From NCBI GenBank assembly GCA_047722305.1, contig JBDNYM010000006.1:213-64212 (forward strand): a DNA stretch of 64,000 nt, written 5' to 3'. The stretch is from Pseudoclavibacter sp. (GTDB taxonomy: Bacteria > Actinomycetota > Actinomycetes > Actinomycetales > Microbacteriaceae). Shown one piece after another: positions 1 through 9,845 of the stretch. The position numbers and the translations under genes were made by a program. The notes under the pieces were generated by a model that saw only the letters and a program-made list of their open reading frames with translations, searched no databases and had not been told where the DNA came from. Position 1 is the first letter of the stretch. Each line of letters starts with the position of its first letter.

Positions 1-245
1 GGGGTGATGCGGTCGGTCACCCCCGCGCCGGCGGCTTCGCGGACCTCGACGCGGATGGGGCGGGTGCGGTCGTTGCTGGCCTGGTCGATGATCTGCGGGA
101 ACGACTCGCGCCGCCACGGCGGCGCCCACTGAGGCGGCGTCAAGGGTGCGCCGTCGAGGGTGGCAGTCAGAATGCCGTCCTCGTGCACTGTGAGAACGAC
201 GGTCGGAATGTTGACGGGCGGCTGGTCGGGTTCGCTTCGCTTCAT
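1..245 (-). CDS. Hypothetical protein, N-terminal part only; the gene runs off the left edge.
   Basis: ATG at 245. My translation, MKRSEPDQPPVNIPTVVLTVHEDGILTATLDG..., stays open to base 1. The start is preceded by GCGCACCTGCCGGGC-ATG, the same leader seen at 14532 and 25722. It is absent from the ORF track because there is no stop in the window. Confidence 0.55.
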   Translation of the reverse strand, partial: MKRSEPDQPPVNIPTVVLTVHEDGILTATLDGAPLTPPQWAPPWRRESFPQIIDQASNDRTRPIRVEVREAAGAGVTDRIT

Positions 246-359
246 GCCCGGCAGGTGCGCCCACCGAATCGTGTCTCTAGACCCGCATCTAGCTGAGCCG
301 GTTCTCGGCCCTTCTGGCCCGCTGGGCCCGTGGAAGTCTCAACGACAACCCAGATCGAG

Positions 360-382
360 ATTCGTGACGAAAGTTCACGAAT
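360..382. promoter_or_regulatory. Inverted repeat ATTCGTGA-N7-TCACGAAT upstream of integrase 1.
   Basis: Perfect 8-bp arms read directly from the sequence, about 60 nt upstream of the ATG at 440. Confidence 0.3.
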
Positions 383-439
383 CCCGAAGGTTTCAGCGTA
401 TTCTCGAAGCATGATCGCGATTACTGAAGACGCGAGACG

Positions 440-1519
440 ATGAAGCTCGCCGCGGTTCGGAGCATCGGGACTGCCCGCGGGTGGCAGACCGAGGCCGACG
501 CCGCGGATTTCGAGCAAGAAATCATCGACCAGTTCGCGCTCGCGATGGCCGCTGCCGGGCTCAGCGATGGATACATCTCGCAGTGCCGTTCGGCGGTGTT
601 CGAGTTCCGCCACCACTTCGGGTTACCGCTCTGGCAGGCGAAGCCAGCCGATGCGGATGCCTACCTCGCGGGTCTGCGCCGGGCGGGACTCGCCGCCTCG
701 ACGCGGGCGAATCGGGCTGGTGCAATCGCGCAGTTCTACGACTTCACGATCGCCCGCTTCCAGGCCGACATCAATGCGCTGACAGACTTCGTGATCGAAC
801 AGCCCGTCGACGAGTTCAACCGGCAGTCAGGGTCGTCGCTGGGTAAGATCCGGGTTCCGCCATCTGACGTAGAAGTCGAAAAGCTGTTCACCTCCTGGGG
901 TGCCTCGTTGGAGAGCGAGCGTCGCTACTTGCCGGCGGCCCGGAACTACTTCGCCGCGTCACTGTGGCGCCGTGTCGGGATCCGCATCACCGAGAGCACG
1001 ATGCTCGACTTGCGTGACTGGCGCCCGGACCTCGGTTCGCTGGGAAAGTTGCACGTCCGCTTCGGGAAAGGATCGCGGGGGCGCGGTTCCAAGCAGCGCC
1101 TCGTGCCAGCGATCAACGGGACTGATCGCCTGATCGATTGGTGGCTGGGTGACGTGCGGCATCGATTCGGCGATGACTGGGAGAACCCGGATGCCCCGAT
1201 GATTCCGTCCGAGCGGTTCGATTCCGAACTCGCGCGGTGCTGCCGCGCGAGCGACGATGTCCTGCGCCGCGGCCTTCGGCAGGCAACAATCCGTTTCCTT
1301 CCAGCTTGGGACGGCCGGATGACCCCGCACGTGCTCCGTCACTACTGCGCGTCGTCGCTGTATCTCGCGGGCATGGATCTGAAGGCGTTGCAGGAACTTC
1401 TCGGGCACCAGTGGCTCTCGACCACAACGCAATATATCCACGTCTCGGATGGGCACGTCGAGGAGTCATGGATGAACGCGAACCGGAGACTTGAAGACCG
1501 ATTTGAGGAGATGGGCTGA
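440..1519 (+). CDS. Tyrosine recombinase / phage-type integrase.
   Basis: C-terminal HVLRHYCASSLYLAGMDLKALQELLGHQWLSTTTQYIH matches the HxxR ... GH ... Y catalytic region. There is also an N-terminal SAM-like core-binding region. Confidence 0.9.
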   Translation: MKLAAVRSIGTARGWQTEADAADFEQEIIDQFALAMAAAGLSDGYISQCRSAVFEFRHHFGLPLWQAKPADADAYLAGLRRAGLAASTRANRAGAIAQFYDFTIARFQADINALTDFVIEQPVDEFNRQSGSSLGKIRVPPSDVEVEKLFTSWGASLESERRYLPAARNYFAASLWRRVGIRITESTMLDLRDWRPDLGSLGKLHVRFGKGSRGRGSKQRLVPAINGTDRLIDWWLGDVRHRFGDDWENPDAPMIPSERFDSELARCCRASDDVLRRGLRQATIRFLPAWDGRMTPHVLRHYCASSLYLAGMDLKALQELLGHQWLSTTTQYIHVSDGHVEESWMNANRRLEDRFEEMG

Positions 1520-1523
1520 CGCG

Positions 1524-1850
1524 ATGAAATGGAACCTCCGAGTGCAGGCCGCTGAACGCGGGATCTGGAAGTCCGCCGAGCTGCGACGGATGCTCGCGGA
1601 CGCGGGACTCGAGATCAGTCTGGGGAAGATGTCGGCCCTCTGGACCGGTACCCCGACCACGATCCGGTTGGACGATCTCGATGTCTTCTGCCACGTTCTC
1701 GGCTGCCAACCCACCGACCTCCTCGTGCCCGAACCTGACAAAGTCGCTGCGCGGAAACAGCAGCCCACCGATAAGGGCGCGGTGAACGACGCACCGGGCG
1801 TGGTGAAGCCTCGTTTCGGGCCGAACGACCGGCCAGCGCCACCGGTATGA
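1524..1850 (+). CDS. XRE (Cro/C1-type) helix-turn-helix protein.
   Basis: MKWNLRVQAAERGIWKSAELRRMLADAGLEISLGKMSALWTG...LDDLDVFCHVLGCQPTDLL. The ATG at 1524 is 5 nt after the integrase stop, and its own stop overlaps the next start (ATGA). Confidence 0.8.
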   Translation: MKWNLRVQAAERGIWKSAELRRMLADAGLEISLGKMSALWTGTPTTIRLDDLDVFCHVLGCQPTDLLVPEPDKVAARKQQPTDKGAVNDAPGVVKPRFGPNDRPAPPV

Positions 1851-3595
1851 GTCCCGCCCGCGGCCGGGGCGGGCCGCTCAGCCCGCCCTTGGCCTGCACC
1901 GCGTGCGGGGTCAATCCGGCCGCGTGGCTCACGCCCCGAGTCGACTACTGCTACGACTGCCTCCCTGGCGGCCCATTCACGCCACCGCCCTGCCGGAAGT
2001 GCGGGTCAGCGAGCTACTACAGCCAGGGGCTCTGCGCGCACTGCCATCCCGGCAGCCCGGGTTTCGTCGGCTCCTGCCGAGACTGCCTCGCCTACGGCGT
2101 CTATCGGCAGCACAACTGGCGTTGCTGGAAGTGCCGATGGTGGTTCCAGCACTACCCCCAAGGTGAATGCTCATCCTGTCACCGCACGGTCACGATCGGC
2201 GAGCAGGACTACTGCCGGCTCTGCCTGGAGACCGCCCGCTACCACCAACAGCCCGGCGAACCACTCGATCTCGGCGCTGCACAGAAGTGGGGACAGCAGT
2301 TGTTCTTCGCATCGATGAACGACCCTCGCCGGCCTGCCGCGCTCCGCACGCGGCCAGCGATGGGCGTGGCGGAGGCGCTACTCCTCATCAACGCGCCGCC
2401 ACCGCCCGAGAGCACCCAGCAGGTCCTCTTCCACGTCGACCCTGACCCCGAGCTGCTGCGGCAGCGAGCGAACGAGCTTGCCCGCCGCGACATCACCTCC
2501 CGAACCGAGCACTTCCTCACCGCCCGCGCCAGCGAGTACGCCTGGAGCAAACGGCAAACGAATCAGGTTCGGCGCACCCTCAAGGTCCTGCAACTCGTGT
2601 TCCCCGAAGCCAACCTCCAGTTCCGAGCGTCCGACATCCTCGCGCTACGCAGCTACAACGACCACAACGTCCGCTCCACGATCGAAATCCTCGAAGACGC
2701 CGGCCTCCTCATCGATGACCGCGTACCCACCTTCGACCGGCTCTTCGCGCGCAAGACGGTGGATATCCCCGACCCGATGCGCACCCAACTCGAACTCTGG
2801 CGCACCACCATGGTGAACGGGTCACCGACGCCACCGCGCAGGCAACCCCGCGAAGCATCAACAGTCAAGGCCCAGATGTACGGCATCCTCCCGGCCGTGA
2901 CGACTTGGGTCGAGAACGGGCACACGAGCTTCGCCGAGATCAGCACCGATGACATTCTCGCCGTGCTGCCCGACGAGCCATCGCCACGGCACCTCATGCT
3001 GCTCGGCCTACGCACCCTGTTCAGCATCCTGCACGGGCAGAAGCAGATCTTCCACGACCCCACGAAGCGAATCCCGCTGCGACCGGCGAAGCGCAACGCA
3101 CCGCTCCCGATGCACCCGAACGCGATCCGCGACGCCCTCACGAGTCCCGACCCGGCAGTCGCGTTCGCCGTCTCCCTCGTCGCGTTCCATGCGCTCACGA
3201 CCCGGCAAGTCCAGCATCTGCTCCTGACCGACGTCGCCGACGGGCGCCTCACCATGCCCGACGGCCGCATCATCCCGCTCGCGAAACCCGTGCTCGTGCG
3301 CCTGACGGCGTGGCTCGACCACCGCACCCGAAGATGGCCCGAGACGCAGAATCCGTATCTGCTGGTCACCCAGCAGACCGGACCCAGGCTCACCCCGCCC
3401 GGCCGCAACTTCCCCTGGAAGAAGGCCGGAATCTCCGCCCAGGCGCTCCGTACCGACCGCATCCTCTATGAGGTTGAGCAGACCGGCGGAGACGTCCGTC
3501 GGGTCTGCGACCTATTCGGCATCACCATCGACACCGCCCTCCACTACGCCCGCACCGTCACAGACCCGGCCAACACCAAGGTCGACAGCGTGTAG
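1847..3595 (+). CDS. Large Cys-rich (multi CxxC Zn-ribbon) protein with a degenerate tyrosine-recombinase-like C-terminal domain.
   Basis: The N-terminal 130 aa carry at least 8 CxxC pairs. The C-terminus ([15 protein letters not shown] ... [10 protein letters not shown] ... [12 protein letters not shown]) resembles the R...xxLR...Y layout. Confidence 0.7.
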   Translation: MSPARGRGGPLSPPLACTACGVNPAAWLTPRVDYCYDCLPGGPFTPPPCRKCGSASYYSQGLCAHCHPGSPGFVGSCRDCLAYGVYRQHNWRCWKCRWWFQHYPQGECSSCHRTVTIGEQDYCRLCLETARYHQQPGEPLDLGAAQKWGQQLFFASMNDPRRPAALRTRPAMGVAEALLLINAPPPPESTQQVLFHVDPDPELLRQRANELARRDITSRTEHFLTARASEYAWSKRQTNQVRRTLKVLQLVFPEANLQFRASDILALRSYNDHNVRSTIEILEDAGLLIDDRVPTFDRLFARKTVDIPDPMRTQLELWRTTMVNGSPTPPRRQPREASTVKAQMYGILPAVTTWVENGHTSFAEISTDDILAVLPDEPSPRHLMLLGLRTLFSILHGQKQIFHDPTKRIPLRPAKRNAPLPMHPNAIRDALTSPDPAVAFAVSLVAFHALTTRQVQHLLLTDVADGRLTMPDGRIIPLAKPVLVRLTAWLDHRTRRWPETQNPYLLVTQQTGPRLTPPGRNFPWKKAGISAQALRTDRILYEVEQTGGDVRRVCDLFGITIDTALHYARTVTDPANTKVDSV

Positions 3596-3672
3596 CCGCC
3601 GCTGAAGGTGAACCTTCGGCAAACACCGGCCCAGGTGCAGCCCATCGACTTGCCGACTGCTTTGATAGGCGT

Positions 3673-3684
3673 CAATATAGATGC
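3673..3684 (+). promoter_or_regulatory. -10-like box (GTCAATAT) placed for a leaderless trxB transcript.
   Basis: CAATAT lies at 3673-3678 and 6 nt separate it from the ATG at 3685. There is no Shine-Dalgarno. The same GTCAATAT box is seen at 11631. Confidence 0.4.
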
Positions 3685-4659
3685 ATGTCTATTCAAGAGG
3701 TCGAGTTGGTCATCGTCGGGTCTGGTCCCGCGGGGTACACCGCGGCGGTCTATGCCGCCCGTGCGGGTCTCGCTCCGGTCGTGATCGCGGGCTCGGTGAC
3801 CGCGGGCGGTGCGCTGATGACGACGACCGAGGTGGAGAACTTCCCGGGCTTCGTCGACGGCGTGCAGGGGCCAGAGCTGATGGAGTCGATGCGGGCACAG
3901 GCGGAGCGGTTCGGCGCCGAGATCGTCACCGACGACGCGACCCGACTTGATCTGGACGGCGACGTGAAGATCATCGAGACCGGCGCCGGGGTGACGTACC
4001 GGGCGCGGGCGGTGATCCTGACGATGGGTTCCGCGTACCGCAAGCTCGGCCTTCCCGAGGAGGAGCGTCTGTCCGGGCACGGAGTGTCCTGGTGCGCGAC
4101 CTGCGACGGCTTCTTCTTCCGCGAGCAGGAGATCGTCGTGGTCGGCGGCGGGGACTCCGCGATGGAGGAGGCCCTGTTCCTCACCCGGTTCGCATCGAAA
4201 GTGACCGTGGTGCACCGCCGGGACGAGTTCCGGGCGTCGAGGATCATGGCACAGCGCGTGCTGGACGATCCGAAGATCGAGGTCGCCTGGAACAGCGAGG
4301 TCGCCGCGATCCTCGGCGACGAGCAGGTCACCGGGCTCACGTTGCGCGACACGATCACCGGGGCTGAGCGAACGCTCGACGCGACGGGGGTGTTCGTCGC
4401 GATCGGGCACGACCCGCGCTCCGAGCTCGTGACCGGGCAGGCCGACACCGATGCGGACGGGTACGTGCGGGTCGCGCACCCGTCGACGCGGACAAACCTG
4501 GCTGGGGTGTTCGCAGCCGGGGACCTCGTCGACCACACATACCGGCAGGCGATCACCGCCGCAGGCACCGGTTGCGCGGCCGCGCAGGACGCCCAGCACT
4601 ACCTGTCGAACCTCGCACCCGCCGCCGTTTCCGCACTGGTTCTGGAGGTCTCCGCATGA
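3685..4659 (+). CDS. trxB: Thioredoxin reductase (ars-linked, arsT-like).
   Basis: [20 protein letters not shown] motif, redox-active CATCDG, and [17 protein letters not shown] motif. Confidence 0.93.
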   Translation: MSIQEVELVIVGSGPAGYTAAVYAARAGLAPVVIAGSVTAGGALMTTTEVENFPGFVDGVQGPELMESMRAQAERFGAEIVTDDATRLDLDGDVKIIETGAGVTYRARAVILTMGSAYRKLGLPEEERLSGHGVSWCATCDGFFFREQEIVVVGGGDSAMEEALFLTRFASKVTVVHRRDEFRASRIMAQRVLDDPKIEVAWNSEVAAILGDEQVTGLTLRDTITGAERTLDATGVFVAIGHDPRSELVTGQADTDADGYVRVAHPSTRTNLAGVFAAGDLVDHTYRQAITAAGTGCAAAQDAQHYLSNLAPAAVSALVLEVSA

Positions 4660-4982
4660 GCACCGTCACCCCTGTCACCGATGCCACCTTCCAGGCGGAG
4701 GTGCTCGAGTCCGAGCTACCCGTCGTGGTCGACATCTGGGCGACCTGGTGCGGCCCGTGCAGGGCGATCGCCCCGATCCTGGACCAGCTCGCCAGCGAGT
4801 ACGCGGGCCGGGTAAAGTTCGTGAAGGTCGACGCCGACCAGAACCCCGAGACTGTGACCGCGGCCGGCGTGACCTCGATCCCGACCCTCGGCTTCTACCG
4901 GAACGGGGAACGGGTAGACGTGCTGATCGGCGCGCACCCGAAACCCGTCTACACCGCGAAGATCGAGGAACTGCTCGCATGA
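4656..4982 (+). CDS. trxA: Thioredoxin (ars-linked, arsX-like).
   Basis: WCGPC active site in [44 protein letters not shown] overlap with trxB. Confidence 0.93.
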   Translation: MSTVTPVTDATFQAEVLESELPVVVDIWATWCGPCRAIAPILDQLASEYAGRVKFVKVDADQNPETVTAAGVTSIPTLGFYRNGERVDVLIGAHPKPVYTAKIEELLA

Positions 4983-6067
4983 CCGACACCCTGACCCGCA
5001 CCGCCCCGAAACGGCTCTCCACACTCGACAAGTGGCTGCCGCTCTGGATCGGCCTCGCCATGGTCGCAGGCCTCCTGCTCGGCCGTTTCGTGCCCGCACT
5101 CTCAGACGCGCTCTCTGCGATGGAGGTCGGCGGGATCTCGATCCCGATCGGCCTGGGCCTGCTGGTGATGATGTACCCGGTGCTCGCGAAGGTCCGCTAC
5201 GACAAGGTCGCCGCCGTCACGGGTGACAAGAAGCTCCTCGTCTCCTCGCTCGTGCTGAACTGGCTGGTAGGACCTGCGGTGATGTTCGCGCTCGCGTGGA
5301 TCTTCCTGCCGGATCTGCCCGAGTACCGGACCGGGCTGATCATCGTGGGGCTGGCCCGATGCATCGCGATGGTCGTGATCTGGAACGATCTCGCGTGCGG
5401 CGACCGGGAGGCGACCGCGGTGCTGGTCGCGATCAACTCCGTGTTCCAGGTTGTCATGTTCTCGGTGCTGGGCTGGTTCTACCTGACCGTACTGCCGGAC
5501 TGGCTCGGCTTGGACGTGCAGGGGCTGGAGATCTCGGTCTGGCAGATTGCCTTGAACGTGCTCGTGTTCCTCGGGATCCCGCTCGTCGCGGGCTTCGCGT
5601 CCCGGTTCATCGGCGAGAAGCGCAAGGGGCGCGACTGGTACGAGGAGAAGTTCCTCCCGAAGATCGGACCGTGGGCGCTCTACGGGCTGCTGTTCACGAT
5701 CGTGCTGCTGTTCGCCCTGCAGGGCAAGCAGGTCACGTCGCATCCGCTCGACGTCGCCAGGATCGCGCTGCCGCTGCTGGTCTACTTCGCGCTGATGTGG
5801 TTCGCCGGCATCCTACTCGGCAAGACCCTCAGCCTGGGCTACGCGCGGTCCACGACGCTCGCATTCACCGCAGCGGGCAACAACTTCGAGCTCGCCATCG
5901 CGGTCGCGATCGGCACCTTCGGCGCGGCATCCGGCCAGGCCTTGGCCGGGGTCGTCGGCCCGCTCATCGAGGTCCCCGTGCTCGTGGGCCTGGTCTACGT
6001 CTCGCTCTGGGCCGCGAAGGCCTGGTTCCACACCGACCCCTACACCACCGAATCGAGGACGTCATGA
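4979..6067 (+). CDS. acr3: ACR3-family arsenite efflux permease.
   Basis: [24 protein letters not shown]... is multi-TM, with the R-C-I-A-M-V motif region (GLARCIAMVVIWN). The ATG at 4979 overlaps the trxA stop. The upstream 176 aa of ORF 4451-6067 are read-through, not coding. Confidence 0.9.
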   Translation: MTDTLTRTAPKRLSTLDKWLPLWIGLAMVAGLLLGRFVPALSDALSAMEVGGISIPIGLGLLVMMYPVLAKVRYDKVAAVTGDKKLLVSSLVLNWLVGPAVMFALAWIFLPDLPEYRTGLIIVGLARCIAMVVIWNDLACGDREATAVLVAINSVFQVVMFSVLGWFYLTVLPDWLGLDVQGLEISVWQIALNVLVFLGIPLVAGFASRFIGEKRKGRDWYEEKFLPKIGPWALYGLLFTIVLLFALQGKQVTSHPLDVARIALPLLVYFALMWFAGILLGKTLSLGYARSTTLAFTAAGNNFELAIAVAIGTFGAASGQALAGVVGPLIEVPVLVGLVYVSLWAAKAWFHTDPYTTESRTS

Positions 6068-7068
6068 CCGATACCGCCGTCATCGCCGACGCCGACGCGT
6101 GCGCGCCGTCCACGGGGCACGCTATCGGGACCGAGGCCGCGACGACCGTGGCCGGGGCGCTGAAGGCGCTCGCTGACCCGCTGCGGCTGCGGATGCTCTC
6201 GGCGATCGCGACCGACCCGCGCGGCGAGTCCTGCGTGTGCGATCTCGCGGACCTCGCCGAGGTGTCCCAGCCGACCGTTTCGCACCACCTGAAGGTGCTG
6301 AAGGAGACCGGGATGCTTCTGTCCGAGCGGCGCGGCACATGGGTGTATTACCGCGTCGCCCCGGGCAAGCAGCGCGCCGTCGCGGCCCTCCTCGACGCGT
6401 TCGCTCCGGCCGCGGCCGCAGCGGACGAGCCCGAAGACACCGCAGCCCGGGCCGAGGCCTTGCAGCAGATGGACGCACGGGTGACCCGTCTCGCGGAGGA
6501 GCTCGCGGACGAGCTGACCGGGCTGAATCGGGACCTCGTGATCGCGATCGTGCGCGAGTCCTACGCCGGGCTGGTGCGTTCGGCGAAGCTGACGGGGCAC
6601 ATGATCCCGCTGACCGAGCGGTTCGCCCGGCAGCGCCTGGCCGATCTGACCCGTGATCGGTCGTCCGGGGTGCCGCAGGTGCTGTTCGTCTGCGTGCAGA
6701 ACGCGGGCCGCTCGCAGCTCGCAGCCGCGATCGTCAACCAGCTCGCCGATGGCCGGGTTATCGCCCGCTCTGCCGGCTCCACTCCTGCGTCGGACGTGCA
6801 CCCGCACGTGCGCTCGCTGCTCACCGAGATCGAGGGCGAGCAGGAGGCCGAGACGGCGTTCCCGAAGCCCCTCACCGACGACGCCGTGCGCGCGGCCGAC
6901 GTGGTGGTCACGATGGGCTGCGGCGACGTCTGCCCGATCATCCCCGGCGTCCGCTACGAAGACTGGGCCGTCGGAGACCCAGCGCTGGCATCGCCCGAGG
7001 GCGTCGCCGCGATCCGCGACGACATCGAGGGCCGCGTCCGCGGCCTCCTCGCCACCCTCACCGACTGA
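6064..7068 (+). CDS. ArsR metalloregulator fused to an LMW-PTP-type arsenate reductase (ArsRC fusion).
   Basis: The N-terminal part has ESCVCDLADLAEVSQPTVSHHLKVLKETGML (ArsR HTH with a CVC site). The C-terminal part has VLFVCVQNAGRSQLAA ... GCGDVCP (LMW-PTP ArsC). Confidence 0.88.
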   Translation: MTDTAVIADADACAPSTGHAIGTEAATTVAGALKALADPLRLRMLSAIATDPRGESCVCDLADLAEVSQPTVSHHLKVLKETGMLLSERRGTWVYYRVAPGKQRAVAALLDAFAPAAAAADEPEDTAARAEALQQMDARVTRLAEELADELTGLNRDLVIAIVRESYAGLVRSAKLTGHMIPLTERFARQRLADLTRDRSSGVPQVLFVCVQNAGRSQLAAAIVNQLADGRVIARSAGSTPASDVHPHVRSLLTEIEGEQEAETAFPKPLTDDAVRAADVVVTMGCGDVCPIIPGVRYEDWAVGDPALASPEGVAAIRDDIEGRVRGLLATLTD

Positions 7069-7083
7069 AAGAAGCGAACAACC

Positions 7084-7488
7084 ATGACCGACCAGAAGCC
7101 TTCCGTCCTCTTCGTCTGCGTCCACAACGCCGGCCGTTCCCAGATGGCCGCCGGCTATCTCCGCGAGTTGGCGGGCGACCGCGTCGAGGTCCGCTCCGCC
7201 GGGTCCATGCCCGCCGACCAGATCAACCCGGTCGCCGTCGAGGCGATGCGCGAGGAGGGCATCGACATCACCGCCGAACAGCCCAAGGTGCTCACCACCG
7301 AGGCCGTGCAGGCCTCCGACGTGGTGATCACGATGGGTTGCGGCGACGCTTGCCCGTTCTTCCCGGGCAAGCGGTACGAGGACTGGAAGCTCGACGACCC
7401 GGCGGGGCAGGGCATCGATGCGGTGCGCCCGATTCGCGACGACATCAAGGCCCGCGTCGAGACCCTCCTCGCCGAACTGCTCGTCTGA
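7084..7488 (+). CDS. arsC: Arsenate reductase, LMW-PTP / thioredoxin-coupled type.
   Basis: VLFVCVHNAGRSQMAAGYL P-loop (CX5R) and the downstream GCGDACP cysteines. Confidence 0.92.
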   Translation: MTDQKPSVLFVCVHNAGRSQMAAGYLRELAGDRVEVRSAGSMPADQINPVAVEAMREEGIDITAEQPKVLTTEAVQASDVVITMGCGDACPFFPGKRYEDWKLDDPAGQGIDAVRPIRDDIKARVETLLAELLV

Positions 7489-7503
7489 GGAGCTGCGAGC
7501 AGC

Positions 7504-7535
7504 GGAGGGGCAGAGGCCAATGGCCCTACCCCTCC
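7504..7535. terminator. Imperfect GC-rich hairpin between convergent operons.
   Basis: GGAGGGG...GGCCAATGGCC...CCCCTCC followed by GGTGTGTTT. It lies between the arsC stop (7488) and the stop of the minus-strand gene at 7624. Confidence 0.45.
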
Positions 7536-7623
7536 GGTGTGTTTCCGGGTCCGCGAACTTTACGGCGAACACCGTTGTGCCGTGAGGTGTGACCCAGTGA
7601 TCGCGTCACCGGTCGTTCTCGCT

Positions 7624-7932
7624 CTACCGGGATGCGCCTCGCATCGCTGCTTCGATCTGCTCCTGCGTGGGCGCTCCGGCGTACCCGCTTTCCGTCGCGT
7701 AGACCCGGCACGCCAGCGAGCGAACCGGGGCCGTCGGGAACAGGTCGACGTCGTCGAGGAGGATCGTGGGCGAGCCTCCGAACTGGGTGCTCGCCGCCTC
7801 GGCCTCGGTTCGGATCGTCACCAGCTCGACAGGAACGGCCCCGAGCCCGAGAGCATCCAGCGCCGCGCGTGCGTTGGCTTCGGCGATTGCCGTGTTCGGG
7901 CAGTCGACGATGTGCAGCAGTTCGACCTTCAT
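7624..7932 (-). CDS. Small thioredoxin-fold protein, last gene of the cmtR operon.
   Basis: 102 aa with MKVELLHIVDCPNT... at the N-terminus, a glutaredoxin/thioredoxin-like beta-alpha start with a DCP motif. 4-nt overlap with the ATPase stop. Confidence 0.65.
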   Translation of the reverse strand: MKVELLHIVDCPNTAIAEANARAALDALGLGAVPVELVTIRTEAEAASTQFGGSPTILLDDVDLFPTAPVRSLACRVYATESGYAGAPTQEQIEAAMRGASR

Positions 7933-9845
7933 GCGGTCGGCTCCTTCCGAGTCCGGGCGGCGCGCAGTCCGTTGAGGATGACGACGACCTCGGCGATCTC
8001 GTGCACCAGGACCACGGCGGCGAGGCCCAGGACGCCGAACAGGGCCAGCGGGAGCAGCGCGGTGATGATCAGCAGCGACAGGATGATGTTCTGGTTGATG
8101 ATGTGCCGCCCCCGACGGGCGTGGTCGAACGCGCGCGGGAGAAGCCGCAGGTCGTGACCGGTGAAGGCCACGTCGGCCGACTCGATCGCGGCGTCGGAGC
8201 CCGTCGCGCCCATCGCGATACCGATGTCCGCGGCGGCCAGCGCAGGGGCGTCGTTGATGCCGTCGCCGATCATCGCGACCGGCCCCTTCGCACCGAACTC
8301 TGCGATCGCGGCGGCCTTGTCTTCGGGGCGCAGCTCGGCGCGGACGTCATCGATCCCTGCTTGCGCAGCGAGGGCGCGGGCGGTGCGGGCGTTGTCGCCG
8401 GTGAGCATGGTCACCCCGATGCCCTGGGTCGCGAGGGTGCGCACGACCTCGGGGACCTCCGGTCGCAGCTCGTCGCGGACGCCGATCGCGGCGACCGGGA
8501 CGCCGTCGCGGTGGACGATCACGACCGTCATGCCTTGCTCCTCCAGCCCCGCGACCCGGTCGCCGAGCGTCCCGGCGTGCAGCCAGCGGGGACTGCCGAC
8601 CGTGATCCGCGCGCCGTCGAGCTCGCCATCGATGCCGTGACCGGCCTGCTCGGTCACGCCCTCCGCCGCAGGGGCATCCGGCACAGCGGCGGTGATCGCG
8701 GCCGCGAGCGGGTGGGTGCTGTGCTGCTCCAACGCGGCCGCCCACGCCAGCGCCTCCGCCTCGCTCACACCGTCTACGGTGAGGACGGCGGCGACGGCGG
8801 GCTCGTTGCGGGTGAGGGTGCCGGTCTTGTCGACGGCGACGTGACGGATCACGCCGAACCGCTCGAACGCGGCACCCGACTTGATGATCACGCCGAACTT
8901 GCTCGCCGAGCCGATCGCGGCCACCACAGTCAGCGGGACCGAGATCGCCAACGCGCACGGCGACGCCGCCACCAGCACCACGAGAGCGCGGGTGATCCAC
9001 AGCTCCGGGTCGCCGAACAGCGACCCGATGATCGCGACCAGGGCGGCGAGGATCAGCACGCCCGGGACGAGGGGGCGGGCGATGCGGTCGGCGAGACGGG
9101 CGCGGTCGCCCTTCTCGGCCTGAGCCTTCTCCACCAGGTCGACGATCGTGGTCAGCGAGTTGTCGGTGCCGGCCGCGGTCGTCTCGACCTCCAGCGCCCC
9201 AGCGGTGTTGATCGCACCCGCAGACACCGCGTCGCCGGGTTCGACCTCGACCGGGATCGATTCCCCGGTGATCGCGGAGGTGTCCAGGCTGGAGCGCCCC
9301 GTGCGGACGATGCCGTCGGTCGCGATCCGCTCACCCGGCCGCACCAGCATCAGCTGGCCGACGGCGAGGTCCTTCGCGGCGACTTCGACCGATGCTCCGT
9401 CGCGGCGGATGGTCGCGGTCTCGGGGACGAGCTTGAGCAGTGCCCGGAGCCCGCCGCGGGCGCGGTCCATGGCTTTGTCTTCCAGTGCCTCGGCGATCGA
9501 GTACAGGAACGCCAGGGCGGCGGCCTCCTCGACGTACCCGAGGATCACTGCGCCGACGGCGCTGATCGTCATCAGCAGGCCGATGCCGAGCTTGCCCTTG
9601 AACAGCTTCCGGATCGCGCCGGGGGTGAACGTCGACGCACCCAGCAGCAGACCGATCCAGAACGCCACCAGTGCCGGGATCTCCATCCCGGACCACTCCA
9701 GGGCCAGGCCGGTGAGGAACGCGATGCCGGAGAAGACCGGGACCATGATCCCGCGGTCCCGCCACCAGGGGCGTTCCGCCGCCTCAGCCTCTTCGCTGAT
9801 GGTGGTCTCGGGCTCGTCGTGCTCGCAGCCGCACGCCGCGCTCAC
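7929..9845 (-). CDS. Heavy-metal P1B-type ATPase with an SPC transmembrane motif and no HMA domain (Cd/Co/Zn-type).
   Basis: DKTGTLT, GDGINDAPAL, TGES, and LVAASPCALAISVP in the TM segment. 638 aa. Confidence 0.92.
   Translation of the reverse strand: MSAACGCEHDEPETTISEEAEAAERPWWRDRGIMVPVFSGIAFLTGLALEWSGMEIPALVAFWIGLLLGASTFTPGAIRKLFKGKLGIGLLMTISAVGAVILGYVEEAAALAFLYSIAEALEDKAMDRARGGLRALLKLVPETATIRRDGASVEVAAKDLAVGQLMLVRPGERIATDGIVRTGRSSLDTSAITGESIPVEVEPGDAVSAGAINTAGALEVETTAAGTDNSLTTIVDLVEKAQAEKGDRARLADRIARPLVPGVLILAALVAIIGSLFGDPELWITRALVVLVAASPCALAISVPLTVVAAIGSASKFGVIIKSGAAFERFGVIRHVAVDKTGTLTRNEPAVAAVLTVDGVSEAEALAWAAALEQHSTHPLAAAITAAVPDAPAAEGVTEQAGHGIDGELDGARITVGSPRWLHAGTLGDRVAGLEEQGMTVVIVHRDGVPVAAIGVRDELRPEVPEVVRTLATQGIGVTMLTGDNARTARALAAQAGIDDVRAELRPEDKAAAIAEFGAKGPVAMIGDGINDAPALAAADIGIAMGATGSDAAIESADVAFTGHDLRLLPRAFDHARRGRHIINQNIILSLLIITALLPLALFGVLGLAAVVLVHEIAEVVVILNGLRAARTRKEPTA

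Noticed and set aside
3632-3641. CAGGTGCAGC upstream of trxB as a further copy of the backbone motif.
   Set aside because: It has one mismatch in the palindromic core, lies inside the inserted element rather than the backbone, and its spacing to the promoter differs. It was therefore not counted. In-gene GGTGCACC copies at 4208 and 50163 were likewise treated as chance.
4451-4978. N-terminal 176 aa of ORF 4451-6067. The same applies to the long N-terminal extensions of ORFs 5296-7068, 9842-10429, 10251-11690, 20539-22173, 23418-25253, 28812-29984, 29747-30934, 36142-37254, 38520-38984, 56543-57976 and 57862-58389.
   Set aside because: The extensions overlap the upstream genes in another frame and are Arg/Pro-rich. 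Internal starts give canonical N-termini, overlapping stop-start junctions or RBSs.
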